This document shows positions 35,528 to 44,886 of a DNA stretch of 64,000 nucleotides, piece by piece. This DNA is from Candidatus Bathyarchaeia archaeon. GTDB taxonomy: Archaea > Thermoproteota > Bathyarchaeia > TCS64. A program made the translations under genes and the position numbers. The notes beneath the pieces were generated by a model, which saw nothing but the letters and a program-made list of their open reading frames with translations, had not been told where the DNA came from and did not search any database. Position 1 is the first letter of the stretch; every line of letters begins with the position of its first letter. The DNA lies in assembly GCA_050014495.1 (NCBI GenBank), contig JBEKDF010000009.1, forward strand, positions 1 through 64,000, given 5' to 3'.

Positions 35528-36133
35528 ATGGCCACATCGGAGCTAACACTGAAATACTTTTTTTTCTATATAGCCTCCTTTGTAGTTATACTCCTTGGCT
35601 TCTACTTGGTCCCCTCCGGGTACATTGAGGCTCTGACTGCAGAGACATCGGCATTGGCACTAGCTTTGTTCGGACACGTTGTTAGTTGGGGGCAATTTGA
35701 AGGTCAAACAACCCTCACACTAATCGGACAAAATGTTGTCACCGTCTCAATCGTGCGTGAGTGTACGGCATTGAACGTGCTCGGTGTTATGGTGGGGCTA
35801 ATACTCCCCCTCAGGACGAGTTGGATCAAACGACTCTCTGGAGTCGCCCTTTCCGGTGTAGTCCTCTTTGTACTAAATATACCGAGAATAGCCCTTACCG
35901 TCTACCTCACCGCTTACGATACATGGCCTTTCACCCTGATTGCGGGACGAAGCCTTGAAACCTATCATTACCCAATAAGCTTCGCTTTTGGTGTAATTGG
36001 CGTCGCTTTGACTATCCTAATGGTTGTTAAATGGACTACGCCGGAGTTGGCTGAAACTCTGCTTGGAATTGTTGATAAAGTCCTTGGACTTGTTAAGTCG
36101 CTCATTGGCCTAGTTTCTCAAGACTCAACTTGA
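35528..36133 (+). CDS. exosortase/archaeosortase family membrane protease
   Basis: Multi-pass hydrophobic protein with IVRECTA (Cys), LNIPRI (Arg), YHY (His). Confidence 0.85.
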   Translation: MATSELTLKYFFFYIASFVVILLGFYLVPSGYIEALTAETSALALALFGHVVSWGQFEGQTTLTLIGQNVVTVSIVRECTALNVLGVMVGLILPLRTSWIKRLSGVALSGVVLFVLNIPRIALTVYLTAYDTWPFTLIAGRSLETYHYPISFAFGVIGVALTILMVVKWTTPELAETLLGIVDKVLGLVKSLIGLVSQDST

Positions 36134-36159
36134 TCCAGGTCTTGCTTGTGCGCATCGCG

Positions 36160-36304
36160 CGTGCTCAATCGACCCTGGATCTTAGAATAATCAGTCGAGT
36201 CCCGAGTTCCCCATAGTGGACGAGACAGCCTCATTCAGCATGCTCATCCACGAGCCGACTATTGTGCCGTTCATAGATATTTTCTCCTTAACCCTGTTTA
36301 ACAT
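36160..36304 (-). pseudogene. remnant of an HpcH/HpaI aldolase N-terminus
   Basis: MLNRVKEKISMNGTIVGSWMSM...GNSGLD*LF*D resembles the N..K.....GxW...GxDW...D start of this family. Two in-frame stops. Confidence 0.5.
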
Positions 36305-36395
36305 CGCTGACTCGATAGTAGGATTCGGAATATCCGATATTACACCTGTTAGTTAAATGAAATGATGAGAGATCCGTTTCGTGAAAAATAGGGTT

Positions 36396-36722
36396 TTACT
36401 CTTCTTCCTTCTTCTTCTTAACGGGCTTCTTTGCCTCGACTTCCTCATCCTTACGGATGCTTATGGCGATTGTGGAGACGTTCCTCTTCCCGCCGTCCTG
36501 CCCCTCGAGCTCCTCGGTTCCGATCTCTATCTCCGGCTTGCTCAACCCCGCAATGAAGCGGTTTCTGCAGACCTCAGTTACGTCAACTGCCGTACTTATC
36601 GCCTGACCTCTCGCCTTGAGTACTACGCCGTCCGCTCCCTTCTGGTTGAAGGCTGTCAGAACCGCCATTACGTAGGTCATTACAGGTTTACTGCCGATGT
36701 AGATTATGCTGTCCTCTGTCAT
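36396..36722 (-). CDS. albA: DNA/RNA-binding protein Alba
   Basis: IYIGSKPVMTYV, LKARGQAISTAVDV, RNVSTIAI. Confidence 0.96.
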   Translation of the reverse strand: MTEDSIIYIGSKPVMTYVMAVLTAFNQKGADGVVLKARGQAISTAVDVTEVCRNRFIAGLSKPEIEIGTEELEGQDGGKRNVSTIAISIRKDEEVEAKKPVKKKKEEE

Positions 36723-36791
36723 TCTGGATCAAATAAACGATACCGCATTGCTTAAAAAAGTATAGACTCCCTGATTGGTGACTCATGAGGA

Positions 36792-37289
36792 TTAATCTAT
36801 GCTGAGTAGCTGGTCGAGCAGAAGATGGTCGTGGGAAGCTGGACTCCTCCAACCCTCCTTATAATTAAAATCATACTCCCTTGTATAATCACGAACGAAG
36901 CATATCGTCGGATCGCCCTTCACACTACCCCTCTTAAAATCCACCTCATAATCATTCATCAGGTCGCATACCTCCCACTGATCCCTAAACATCGAATCGG
37001 AGACAACAAGAGGGATCTTTGAGTAACCTGAGGCGTTCAGCACTCGCCTCCTCCTCTTACCATATTGATAAAGGTCTTCGCCACTCCTAATAGAGATGGG
37101 GTGATGCTCCCAAAACACCTTGCCCAGAGGGAAAAAGTCGAAATTATATCTCCCGATTTGGTATTCATGGTTCATCTCTTTTGGGGTTAAGCCCAGCCAC
37201 TGCAGATACCTGAAACACTGGACCTCCTGATAGCTCACGAACCTTTCCCCCCAGATAACGTAACCAGTGTCGTCTCTGAGTATTTTCAT
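36792..37289 (-). CDS. hypothetical protein, possible Vsr/DUF559-like endonuclease fold
   Basis: SYQE...L...G...HEYQIGRYNFDF...FWEH spacing. Confidence 0.5.
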   Translation of the reverse strand: MKILRDDTGYVIWGERFVSYQEVQCFRYLQWLGLTPKEMNHEYQIGRYNFDFFPLGKVFWEHHPISIRSGEDLYQYGKRRRRVLNASGYSKIPLVVSDSMFRDQWEVCDLMNDYEVDFKRGSVKGDPTICFVRDYTREYDFNYKEGWRSPASHDHLLLDQLLSID

Positions 37290-37654
37290 ATGATCACCAC
37301 CGAAAGTATTTCGGAGGCGCGAGGAGCGAGGAGAATAGTGTGTATGAAGAGGTACTGGGCGTTCTCGCTCAGCTTCAGGGTGGTATATCCTCCCGCCTTA
37401 AACAGATCTAGGGATCATTGGAGATAACATTTACCTATTCTCGGAAAGGCTGTTATTGTGAAAAAAACTAATAAAGAAATTCGGTGGCTTCGTAATAACT
37501 TTAAATGGAGTGTATAAACTGGATATTGTTTAGATATAAGGAGACGTTCTTGATTAGTATGTGTCAATTATAAGGGATAGAACTTAGGCACAGCATAATA
37601 CTTGTCACAGGGGTGCATCATAAGTCTAAATACTTTACACGCAGATGTTAACTC

Positions 37655-37786
37655 TGCCCAAGCAACAGCGACCGGGGATCGAAAAGGCGTGAAGAATCCC
37701 GGAGCTGACTCGGAACGGTGGGCCTAAAGGCTCTAGGGGCTTAGGCTTCAAGAGACCTCACCGTGAAGAGGAGAAATGCTTGGGCA
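37655..37786 (+). ncRNA. candidate structured small RNA (~130 nt), family unknown
   Basis: 10-bp terminal stem TGCCCAAGCA/TGCTTGGGCA enclosing two hairpin arms. GC-rich in an AT-rich gap, TATA-like upstream, pyrimidine-rich downstream. Confidence 0.6.
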
Positions 37787-37979
37787 CCTTATTTCTTCGA
37801 AAATCATCTCACTGAAAGTATCTACACTGTGTCGTCCTCAGCACTGACGTAAACATGACTTGCTTCTTCGCTAATTGACGAAAATCCATCCTTTACACAT
37901 GTGATACGAAGACAATAAGAGAGTACAAGGTTATGCGTCACTAGTAATCGTTAAAGCCAGTATATCCACCCTTAGACCC

Positions 37980-38432
37980 ATGTCGATTGAAGCAAAGTTA
38001 AAGAAGCTAGGACTCGAGCTACCCTCCCCTCCCAACTACAAGGGTAACTACATCGGTGCTAAGTGGGCTAATAACATAGCATTCAGTTGCGGACAGGGTC
38101 CATTCGATAAGACGAAGAGAGGCATGGTGGGTAAGGAGCTCACTCTCGATGAGGGCTACAAGGCAGCCCAGGAGGTTGGCCTCAACTGCCTCTCACAATT
38201 AAAAAGGCAGCTCGGGAGCCTCGATAGGATCAAGCAGATCCTCCAAGTTATTGGCTTTGTCAATAGCGCTGACGGATTTATGGATCAGCCAAAAGTTCTT
38301 AATGGCTTCACAGATCTTCTCGTGAATCTTTACGGTGATCCCGAGGGGAAGCCAGCGAGAGCAGCGATCCCACTCCATCACCCTGGGTGGGTTGCAGTCG
38401 AGGCGTGGATGGTTGTTGAGCTCAAGGAGTAG
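37980..38432 (+). CDS. RidA/YjgF-family protein
   Basis: LKKLGLELP..GNY, CGQGP, GFVNS..F.DQPKVLNG, ARAA. Confidence 0.9.
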   Translation: MSIEAKLKKLGLELPSPPNYKGNYIGAKWANNIAFSCGQGPFDKTKRGMVGKELTLDEGYKAAQEVGLNCLSQLKRQLGSLDRIKQILQVIGFVNSADGFMDQPKVLNGFTDLLVNLYGDPEGKPARAAIPLHHPGWVAVEAWMVVELKE

Positions 38433-38853
38433 ACTTTTTTTCCTCTTCTCTTATCCTTCCACTTAGATGGTTGAACCCTAACTCGGCATCGGCCAAGAGA
38501 TTCTTCAACCTTTTTATGCGCCATCCAATCCTTGCCTTAATGAAGGCATAAGCGTCGGGATAGTCACTTTTACGAGGGCAATCCTCTGACCCTGGGATAC
38601 CTGCTAAATTCTGGGGGAGATCTACTGCAAAAATTTTCTCCAGTTCGTCCACGGGGTCGTGTGTCTCTCTGTAGATATCATTAAGTTTGTCCATACACAC
38701 ACGGCAGGACCCGATGTGTTCTAGTTGTCTGACCTCAGACTCGATGCTCACCATGAAGCCGATGTAATCTGCTTCCATATGAAGAAGCCATAGGGGTTCA
38801 CACTCTTCGGAGAGGGCTGAGAACCTAATACGCCGCATCGATTCACTAGCCAT
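38422..38853 (-). CDS. hypothetical protein
   Basis: 143-aa ORF with HxxxCxxC (zf-HC2-like). Confidence 0.6.
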   Translation of the reverse strand: MASESMRRIRFSALSEECEPLWLLHMEADYIGFMVSIESEVRQLEHIGSCRVCMDKLNDIYRETHDPVDELEKIFAVDLPQNLAGIPGSEDCPRKSDYPDAYAFIKARIGWRIKRLKNLLADAELGFNHLSGRIREEEKKSTP

Positions 38854-38920
38854 ACCCTAATCAGACTCGAGTTATCTTAAAATCGCTGCGAAAAGGATTA
38901 AATCGGGGAAAAGTCCTTAA

Positions 38921-39208
38921 ATGAGAAGTCTTCAGCAAGCCCTGATCCGAATGAGCCTCGAAGATGTCCTCAAGCTGATTGATGAGTCGAAGAAGTTCCT
39001 AGAGCCCTATAGGATTTATGGGCAGATGATAATGGATGGAATCGCTCAGCTAGAAAGCCTCGAAAAACTAGTCAAGGAGGAGAAGATCCCAGAGGCATAT
39101 GCGTTGAGTTGTTCGATGTGCGAGCAGATCACCCAATATCGGTCTTTCGTTCCCCAATTAGCGGATAATATGGAGAGAGTTAGGGAGATTCTAAAAAGTA
39201 GTTGCTGA
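38921..39208 (+). CDS. hypothetical helical protein
   Basis: Fills the gap. The start may be ATG 38951. Confidence 0.6.
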   Translation: MRSLQQALIRMSLEDVLKLIDESKKFLEPYRIYGQMIMDGIAQLESLEKLVKEEKIPEAYALSCSMCEQITQYRSFVPQLADNMERVREILKSSC

Positions 39209-39222
39209 AAGCAGTTTATGAG

Positions 39223-39303
39223 TTAACGCCTTCTCATGAAAGCATTCACGACGATGGCAAGTCCAACGATGATAATAAAGGAAGGCCAGATCTTGTCCCA
39301 GAT
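39223..39303 (-). pseudogene. C-terminal remnant of a membrane protein
   Basis: IWDKIWPSFIIIVGLAIVVNAFMRRR* with no start codon of its own. Begins right after the (CG)5 tract. Confidence 0.45.
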
Positions 39304-39463
39304 ACGCGCGCGCGATGAAGTTCATAAGATGGCTTAAAAAGTTTCGTACAAGCGCCACAAATGGTCTCGTGATCGTCTACCCATAGGTCGCACGCGCCTG
39401 ATCTCCAATGACAGATATGCTTCAGCTACTGTAAAACGGGTTAACTCGTGATAGATTATGAGA

Positions 39464-40333
39464 CTAGGCACGCTTATCGATCTTGACGCCCCCTCGGGGG
39501 CCTATCGTGGCCTTAGCATGGCGGAGAGCCCAGCAGCTTATGACTATGCCTACCGGGAGAGACGCAGGGTGCCTTGCAGCCAACTCTATATGGAGGTCGA
39601 GGGCGGTCGGCCCCTCACCGAGACCCATTGCACCTATACCGAGTTCATTCACCTTACCCAGAAGCTCCTCCTCTATAGATGCTAGCTTTGGGTCTGGGTT
39701 CCTCACTTTGAATGGTTTTAGTAGCGCCTTCTTCGCGAGGAGCATGCATAGGTCCTCACTTCCGCCGATGCCGACCCCGATGAAGTAGGGTGGGCACCCC
39801 TGTGACCCAGCCGCAGCGACGGCCTCAATCACGAACTGTTTGACGCCTTTCATCCCTAAGCCTGGTTTAAGCATTCGATGATTTGCGACATTGCTGCTCC
39901 CCCCACCCTTCGGCATGGCGATGAGCTCTAGTTCGTTGCCGGGGACCAATTCCCAGTTGATTATTGGTACGAAGGCGCCTGTGTTATCGTTTGTGTTTCC
40001 CTTAAGCATGTCCACTGCGTTGGGTCGGATGGGGATCTCCTCGGTGGCCCGTCTAGTGGCTTTGACAAGTATCTCCTTGAGCTCAGATTTGAGTGGAAAC
40101 TTGTCTCCCACCTTGACCATGAAGGCGACGACGCCGGTATCTTGGCACATGGGCCAGCTATTCTTTCTTGCGAGTGAGGCGTCGTCCAGTATACTCTTGA
40201 GCTGAGCTTTCCCGGTTATACCCTTTGTACCCTTCATGAGCCTCTCCATTTCCTTGATATATTCGACTGGAAGTTCGGTGGCAGCTATCCTGAGAAGCTC
40301 CACTGCTGTGTCTTCTACGATGATGTTAAGCAT
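39464..40333 (-). CDS. Fe-S fumarate/tartrate hydratase alpha subunit
   Basis: PMCQDTG, PKGGGS, GCPP, HPASLPV, SCWA.R. Confidence 0.93.
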   Translation of the reverse strand: MLNIIVEDTAVELLRIAATELPVEYIKEMERLMKGTKGITGKAQLKSILDDASLARKNSWPMCQDTGVVAFMVKVGDKFPLKSELKEILVKATRRATEEIPIRPNAVDMLKGNTNDNTGAFVPIINWELVPGNELELIAMPKGGGSSNVANHRMLKPGLGMKGVKQFVIEAVAAAGSQGCPPYFIGVGIGGSEDLCMLLAKKALLKPFKVRNPDPKLASIEEELLGKVNELGIGAMGLGEGPTALDLHIELAARHPASLPVGIVISCWALRHAKATIGPRGGVKIDKRA

Positions 40334-40942
40334 TCATTTCATCTCCGAGATGATCCTGTCCCTATTGGCGTTCACCTTCATGCCTACATCTTGAGTTAGA
40401 TTACCACCGTGGGAATCTATAGCCACTATAAGGGGTCCAAAGTTCTCTGTTTCATAGACCCAAAGGCACTCAGGCATGCCAAGCTCCTCCAACCAGAAGA
40501 CATCTTTAACCTTCTTAATTCCCTTGGCTGCGAGTAGGGCAGCACCTCCCGTGAAGGCGGTATAGACGCAACCGAACTTTTGGCACGCCTTCGAGGTCCT
40601 CTCACCCATGCCACCCTTGCCGATTAGGACTGCGGGTCGGAAGGCTTCTATAAATCTGTCCTCGAATAGTTCCATCCTTGTGCTAGTCGTGGGGCCAGCA
40701 GCTACTACCTCCCACTCCTTTCCTCTCTTCCTCATTATGGGACCGCAGTGGAAGACTCCTACTCCTTTAAAGTCTACAGGGGTCTTCTTCCCCTGCTCAA
40801 ATAATTCAAGGGCCTTACTATGTGCCTCGTCCCGTGCGGTTATCACTATACCCGTGATGTAAATTATGTCCCCGATATTGAGCTTCCTAAGCTCCGCTTC
40901 AGGGACTGGTGTCTTGAGGTGATACTCCAAACCCCTTCTCAC
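40334..40942 (-). CDS. Fe-S fumarate/tartrate hydratase beta subunit
   Basis: TARDEAH, HCGP, GPTTSTRM, IGKGG, FGPLIVAIDSHG. Confidence 0.93.
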   Translation of the reverse strand: MRRGLEYHLKTPVPEAELRKLNIGDIIYITGIVITARDEAHSKALELFEQGKKTPVDFKGVGVFHCGPIMRKRGKEWEVVAAGPTTSTRMELFEDRFIEAFRPAVLIGKGGMGERTSKACQKFGCVYTAFTGGAALLAAKGIKKVKDVFWLEELGMPECLWVYETENFGPLIVAIDSHGGNLTQDVGMKVNANRDRIISEMK

Positions 40943-41214
40943 TCATTTGAACAGGTCTCAACAGCGATTTAAAACCTGAGGAATTCCATGTTAGACTGGA
41001 CAAAATTACCGTGTGTTTTCATCTATAATCTAAGTGGCGCTTAGAAAAAAAGTGAGTATTATCCTTGAATCACCCAAGGCTTCAAGAGATACTAAAGATC
41101 TCGTGCTACCCTAACAGTTAGCAGAACCCAAATTAATACCACATTTTCCAGAGGAAGCTGATCCCGGGCGTTTCTGAGAAAAGGTATAATATATACAGCG
41201 TTATAACTTCTGAG

Positions 41215-41634
41215 ATGTCTTCGGAAAAACAGGGGTTCATTATCCACCCCTCCCCTGATAACAAGGTTTTTCGAGACCGGATTAAGGAGCTGAGCGGAGA
41301 AAAGGTCGAACTCTGCTTCCAATGCGGTGCCTGTAGCTCGGGATGTCCATTGACCCAGGAGATGGATTACCTCCCCAGCAAGGTGATTAGGCTGGTGCAG
41401 CTTGGCCTCGATGAAGCGCTGGACTCTAAGACCATATGGGTCTGCACGAGCTGCTTCAACTGCGAGGTCAGGTGTCCCCGCGGCATAGACATCGCCAACG
41501 TAATGGAGTCGCTCCGCCAACTAGTACTGAGGAAAAAGTACGATCGTGTGACCCTCGACCAGCTAAGTGACGAGCAATTGAAGGAGCTGCCCCAGGTCGC
41601 AATCATCAGTAGTCTGAGGAAACTAACTGCGTGA
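41215..41634 (+). CDS. hdrC: HdrC-like 2x[4Fe-4S] protein
   Basis: CFQCGACSSGCP, WVCTSCFNCEVRCP. Confidence 0.9.
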   Translation: MSSEKQGFIIHPSPDNKVFRDRIKELSGEKVELCFQCGACSSGCPLTQEMDYLPSKVIRLVQLGLDEALDSKTIWVCTSCFNCEVRCPRGIDIANVMESLRQLVLRKKYDRVTLDQLSDEQLKELPQVAIISSLRKLTA

Positions 41635-41641
41635 TCAAGTC

Positions 41642-42535
41642 ATGAATGTTGCATACTATCCGGGCTGCACGTTGAAGACAACAGCTAAGGAGTTTGACAT
41701 AAGTACGAGGGCCTCAGCCAAAGCGCTGGGCATTAACCTCGTGGAGCTCCCACGCTGGAACTGCTGCGGTACCGTCCATGCCCTCGCGAAGGATGACGTT
41801 ATGCACCACCTAGCGCCTCTGAGAAATCTCCTCCGGGTTGAGGAGGCTCAACAGAGCGGCATAGTTGACGAAAAACGTGTCATTGCCCTGTGCGCGATGT
41901 GCTACAACACATTGAAGCGGAGCAACCAGGCCTTTAACGCCGATTCGGACAAAGCAGGGAAGGTCAAGGAGAGCATGAATAACGAGGCGAACGTCTACAG
42001 CGGACAGGTCGAGGTGGAGCACTTACTTGAGTTCCTTCGCACATATGGTTGGGACAAGGTACAGTCCCACGTCTCCAAGCCTCTGAACGGGTTGAAGGTT
42101 GCCCCATATTATGGATGCCTACTCTTAAGACCCCGAGGCATAGGAATAGACGACGCAGACAACCCACGTGTCTTCGAGGATCTGCTAAAGGCACTAGGAG
42201 CAGAAGTAATAGATTTTGGCTATAAACAGAAGTGCTGCGGCAGCTACCACACCGTCCACATGGTAGATGTGGTAGCAGATCTCAGTAACAGGATTCTGAC
42301 GCAGGCTCAGTCTGCTGGCGCGGATCTTGTCGCCACAGCATGCCCACTATGCGAGTTCAACCTCGGCAACAGGCAGACTGAGGTAGCCAAGAAGTATTCT
42401 AAGTTCCAAGGTATTCCAATTGTTTATTTTACCCAGCTGATGGCTCTCGCCTTCGGCCTCGGGGAGGATGATACGGCGCTCGGGATGAATAAGCCCGACC
42501 CGAGGCCTTTGCTCAGGGAGAAAGGGTTGATTTAG
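41642..42535 (+). CDS. hdrB: HdrB-like CCG-domain protein
   Basis: YYPGC, CCG, CxxC, YYGC, CCG, CPLC. Confidence 0.92.
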   Translation: MNVAYYPGCTLKTTAKEFDISTRASAKALGINLVELPRWNCCGTVHALAKDDVMHHLAPLRNLLRVEEAQQSGIVDEKRVIALCAMCYNTLKRSNQAFNADSDKAGKVKESMNNEANVYSGQVEVEHLLEFLRTYGWDKVQSHVSKPLNGLKVAPYYGCLLLRPRGIGIDDADNPRVFEDLLKALGAEVIDFGYKQKCCGSYHTVHMVDVVADLSNRILTQAQSAGADLVATACPLCEFNLGNRQTEVAKKYSKFQGIPIVYFTQLMALAFGLGEDDTALGMNKPDPRPLLREKGLI

Positions 42536-42536
42536 A

Positions 42537-43226
42537 ATGACTGAGAACGGTAACAAGATGGTCACCATCTATGTGATGGGCAAGAAGCAGAAAGTACCTG
42601 CGGACCTAACTATTATGAAGGCTATGGAGTACGCTGGCCACCAGTTTAGGAGAGGTGCCGGTTGCAGGGGCGGCTTCTGTGGTGCTTGCGCAACTGTATA
42701 CAGGAAGAAGGGGAGCTACAAGCTCCAGGGAGCTTTAGCCTGCCAGAAGATAGTCGAGGATGGGATGATTATAGCCCAAATACCATTCAGCCCACAAGAG
42801 AAGGTGACCTATAAGATCAACGAGCTAAAGGCTGAGGCGAACACCTTCCTCGAATATTACCCCGAGATCGCTAGGTGTCTAGCCTGCAACACGTGCACGA
42901 AGGCTTGTCCACAGGATATTATGGTTATGGACTACGTCCAATCAGCTCTGCGCGGCGACGTCACCCAGGCCGCGAAGCTGAGCTTTGACTGCCTCGGATG
43001 CGGACTCTGCGCCATGAGGTGCCCCGCTGAGATCGTTCCCTACAATATTGGGCAATTAGCACGTCGCCTCGAGTCCAAGTATATCGAGGGACCCACCGAG
43101 CACGTCCTCAAGAGGTGCGAGGAGGTGAAAGAGGGTAAGTTCGACGCCGAGATCGAGGAGATGATGAAGATGGACAAGGCAACACTCTCTAAGAAGTACA
43201 ATACGAGGGAGATGAAGATCAAATGA
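42537..43226 (+). CDS. fumarate reductase/SdhB-like Fe-S subunit
   Basis: GCRGGFCGAC..LAC ([2Fe-2S]) plus two CxxCxxCxxxCP motifs. Confidence 0.88.
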   Translation: MTENGNKMVTIYVMGKKQKVPADLTIMKAMEYAGHQFRRGAGCRGGFCGACATVYRKKGSYKLQGALACQKIVEDGMIIAQIPFSPQEKVTYKINELKAEANTFLEYYPEIARCLACNTCTKACPQDIMVMDYVQSALRGDVTQAAKLSFDCLGCGLCAMRCPAEIVPYNIGQLARRLESKYIEGPTEHVLKRCEEVKEGKFDAEIEEMMKMDKATLSKKYNTREMKIK

Positions 43227-44878
43227 GTGGCTACATTTCAGGCTACCCAGAGTATATGCAGGATTCCATCAGGAAAGTCGCCGAGAAGAGGGGCAGCAAC
43301 CTCTCGTCACATGGCATCAATGCGATGACAGCTGAGGAGAGGCAATCCATCCTCGAGCACTTTCACCCCGACTGGAAGCCCAACATGAAGCGTCCGATAG
43401 CCATGGGGCCGAGTAAAGGGATGATGGTCCCCAACGAGGTTGCGGATATCCTTGAGGCCCACCCACTCATAAAACCTAGTGACATAGACCTCAACCACAT
43501 AGACTACGATGTCGAAGTTCTTATCATCGGAGCAGGTGGGGCAGGCTTAAGCGCTGCGCTACTTGCGCAGGAGAACGGAGTGCCCGTAGACCAGATACTA
43601 ATGATCCAGAAACTCAGACTGGGAGACGCAAACTCGAAGATGAGCCAGGGGGGAATCCAGGCAGCCGACTCTTCAATTGACAGCCCCTCGATCCACTACT
43701 TGGATGTCATTGGTGGCGGTCACTATGCGAATAAGCCGGACTTAGTTGAGGCCCTCGTTAAGGATGCCCCCGATGTGATCAAATGGCACGAAGAACTAGG
43801 CGTGATGTACGATAAGAATCCCGATGGTTCTTTGCTCGAGATTGCAGGGGGCGGCACCAGCAGGAGGCGAATGCATAGCTGCAAGGACTACACTGGCTTG
43901 GAGATTACCCGTGTACTCGTGGACGAATTCATTAACCGTGGAATAAGCAACATCGAATTTACGAGTGCAGTCGACTTCATAATGGATAGTAAGAACCAAG
44001 TCGCAGGGGCTGTCTTGTTCGATATGGAGACCGAGGAGTACCGTGTCGCGAGGGCTAAGTCGACGATTCTAGCAACTGGTGGCTTTGGCAGGTTGCACAT
44101 CCAGGGTTTCGCGACGACGAATCATTACGGTGCAACGGGCGACGGTATCGTCATGGCTTACCGCACAGGCGCAATTTTGAGGGATCTTGACTCAACACAG
44201 TACCACCCAACAGGCGCTGCTTACCCGGAGCAGATTGTTGGTCAGCTGGCCACGGAGAAACTCCGTGGTAGAGGCGCTCTCCCCGTCAATAAGAATGGCG
44301 AACTATTCGTCTACCACTTGGAACCACGTGATATCGAATCCTCAAGCTACATCAGGGAGTGCTACGAGAGGGATAACGGGATAATTACTCCGACAGGGAT
44401 GCGTGCTGTCTGGCTCGACACACCGATGATCGAGATAGTAACGGGTCCAGGCACAATCGAGCGCGAGTTCGCCGCTATGTTCCGTAACTTCAAAAAATTC
44501 GGCATAGATATCAGAAAGGAGCCTATACTTGTCTTCCCCACTCTTCACTACCAGAATGGTGGAGTTGAGATTAATCCCAACACCGAGACCAGTGTCCCCG
44601 GACTATTCTGCGCTGGTGAGGTCTGCGGTGGTGTACACGGTAAAAACAGGCTCATGGGAAACAGTCAACTAGACCTCTATGTCTTCGGACGTAGAGCGGG
44701 TAAGGCAGCTGCGGAGCACGCTAAGAATGCTTCCGTGGGCAAGCTCACCCTCGCTCACTTAGACCGCTATGAAAGGTGGCTCGCGAAGGCTGGTGTCAAA
44801 ACGGATCGGAAATCCCCGATCCTTCTCCCCGAGTACAGGGGAAAGAAGACGCTCGAACATAAATTGAACATACTGTAG
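43223..44878 (+). CDS. fumarate reductase/SdhA-like flavoprotein (TfrA-like)
   Basis: GAGGAG, QYHPT, TEKLRG, EPRD, LHYQNGG, HGKNRLMGNS. Confidence 0.9.
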   Translation: MSGYISGYPEYMQDSIRKVAEKRGSNLSSHGINAMTAEERQSILEHFHPDWKPNMKRPIAMGPSKGMMVPNEVADILEAHPLIKPSDIDLNHIDYDVEVLIIGAGGAGLSAALLAQENGVPVDQILMIQKLRLGDANSKMSQGGIQAADSSIDSPSIHYLDVIGGGHYANKPDLVEALVKDAPDVIKWHEELGVMYDKNPDGSLLEIAGGGTSRRRMHSCKDYTGLEITRVLVDEFINRGISNIEFTSAVDFIMDSKNQVAGAVLFDMETEEYRVARAKSTILATGGFGRLHIQGFATTNHYGATGDGIVMAYRTGAILRDLDSTQYHPTGAAYPEQIVGQLATEKLRGRGALPVNKNGELFVYHLEPRDIESSSYIRECYERDNGIITPTGMRAVWLDTPMIEIVTGPGTIEREFAAMFRNFKKFGIDIRKEPILVFPTLHYQNGGVEINPNTETSVPGLFCAGEVCGGVHGKNRLMGNSQLDLYVFGRRAGKAAAEHAKNASVGKLTLAHLDRYERWLAKAGVKTDRKSPILLPEYRGKKTLEHKLNIL

Positions 44879-44886
44879 GGATCTGA

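Noticed and set aside
37655..37786. 5S rRNA, SRP RNA, hammerhead or a known riboswitch as the identity of the structured RNA
   Set aside because: The size fits 5S, but I could not find the conserved 5S loop, SRP GGAA/AGCAG, hammerhead CUGAnGA core or TPP/FMN/fluoride motifs.
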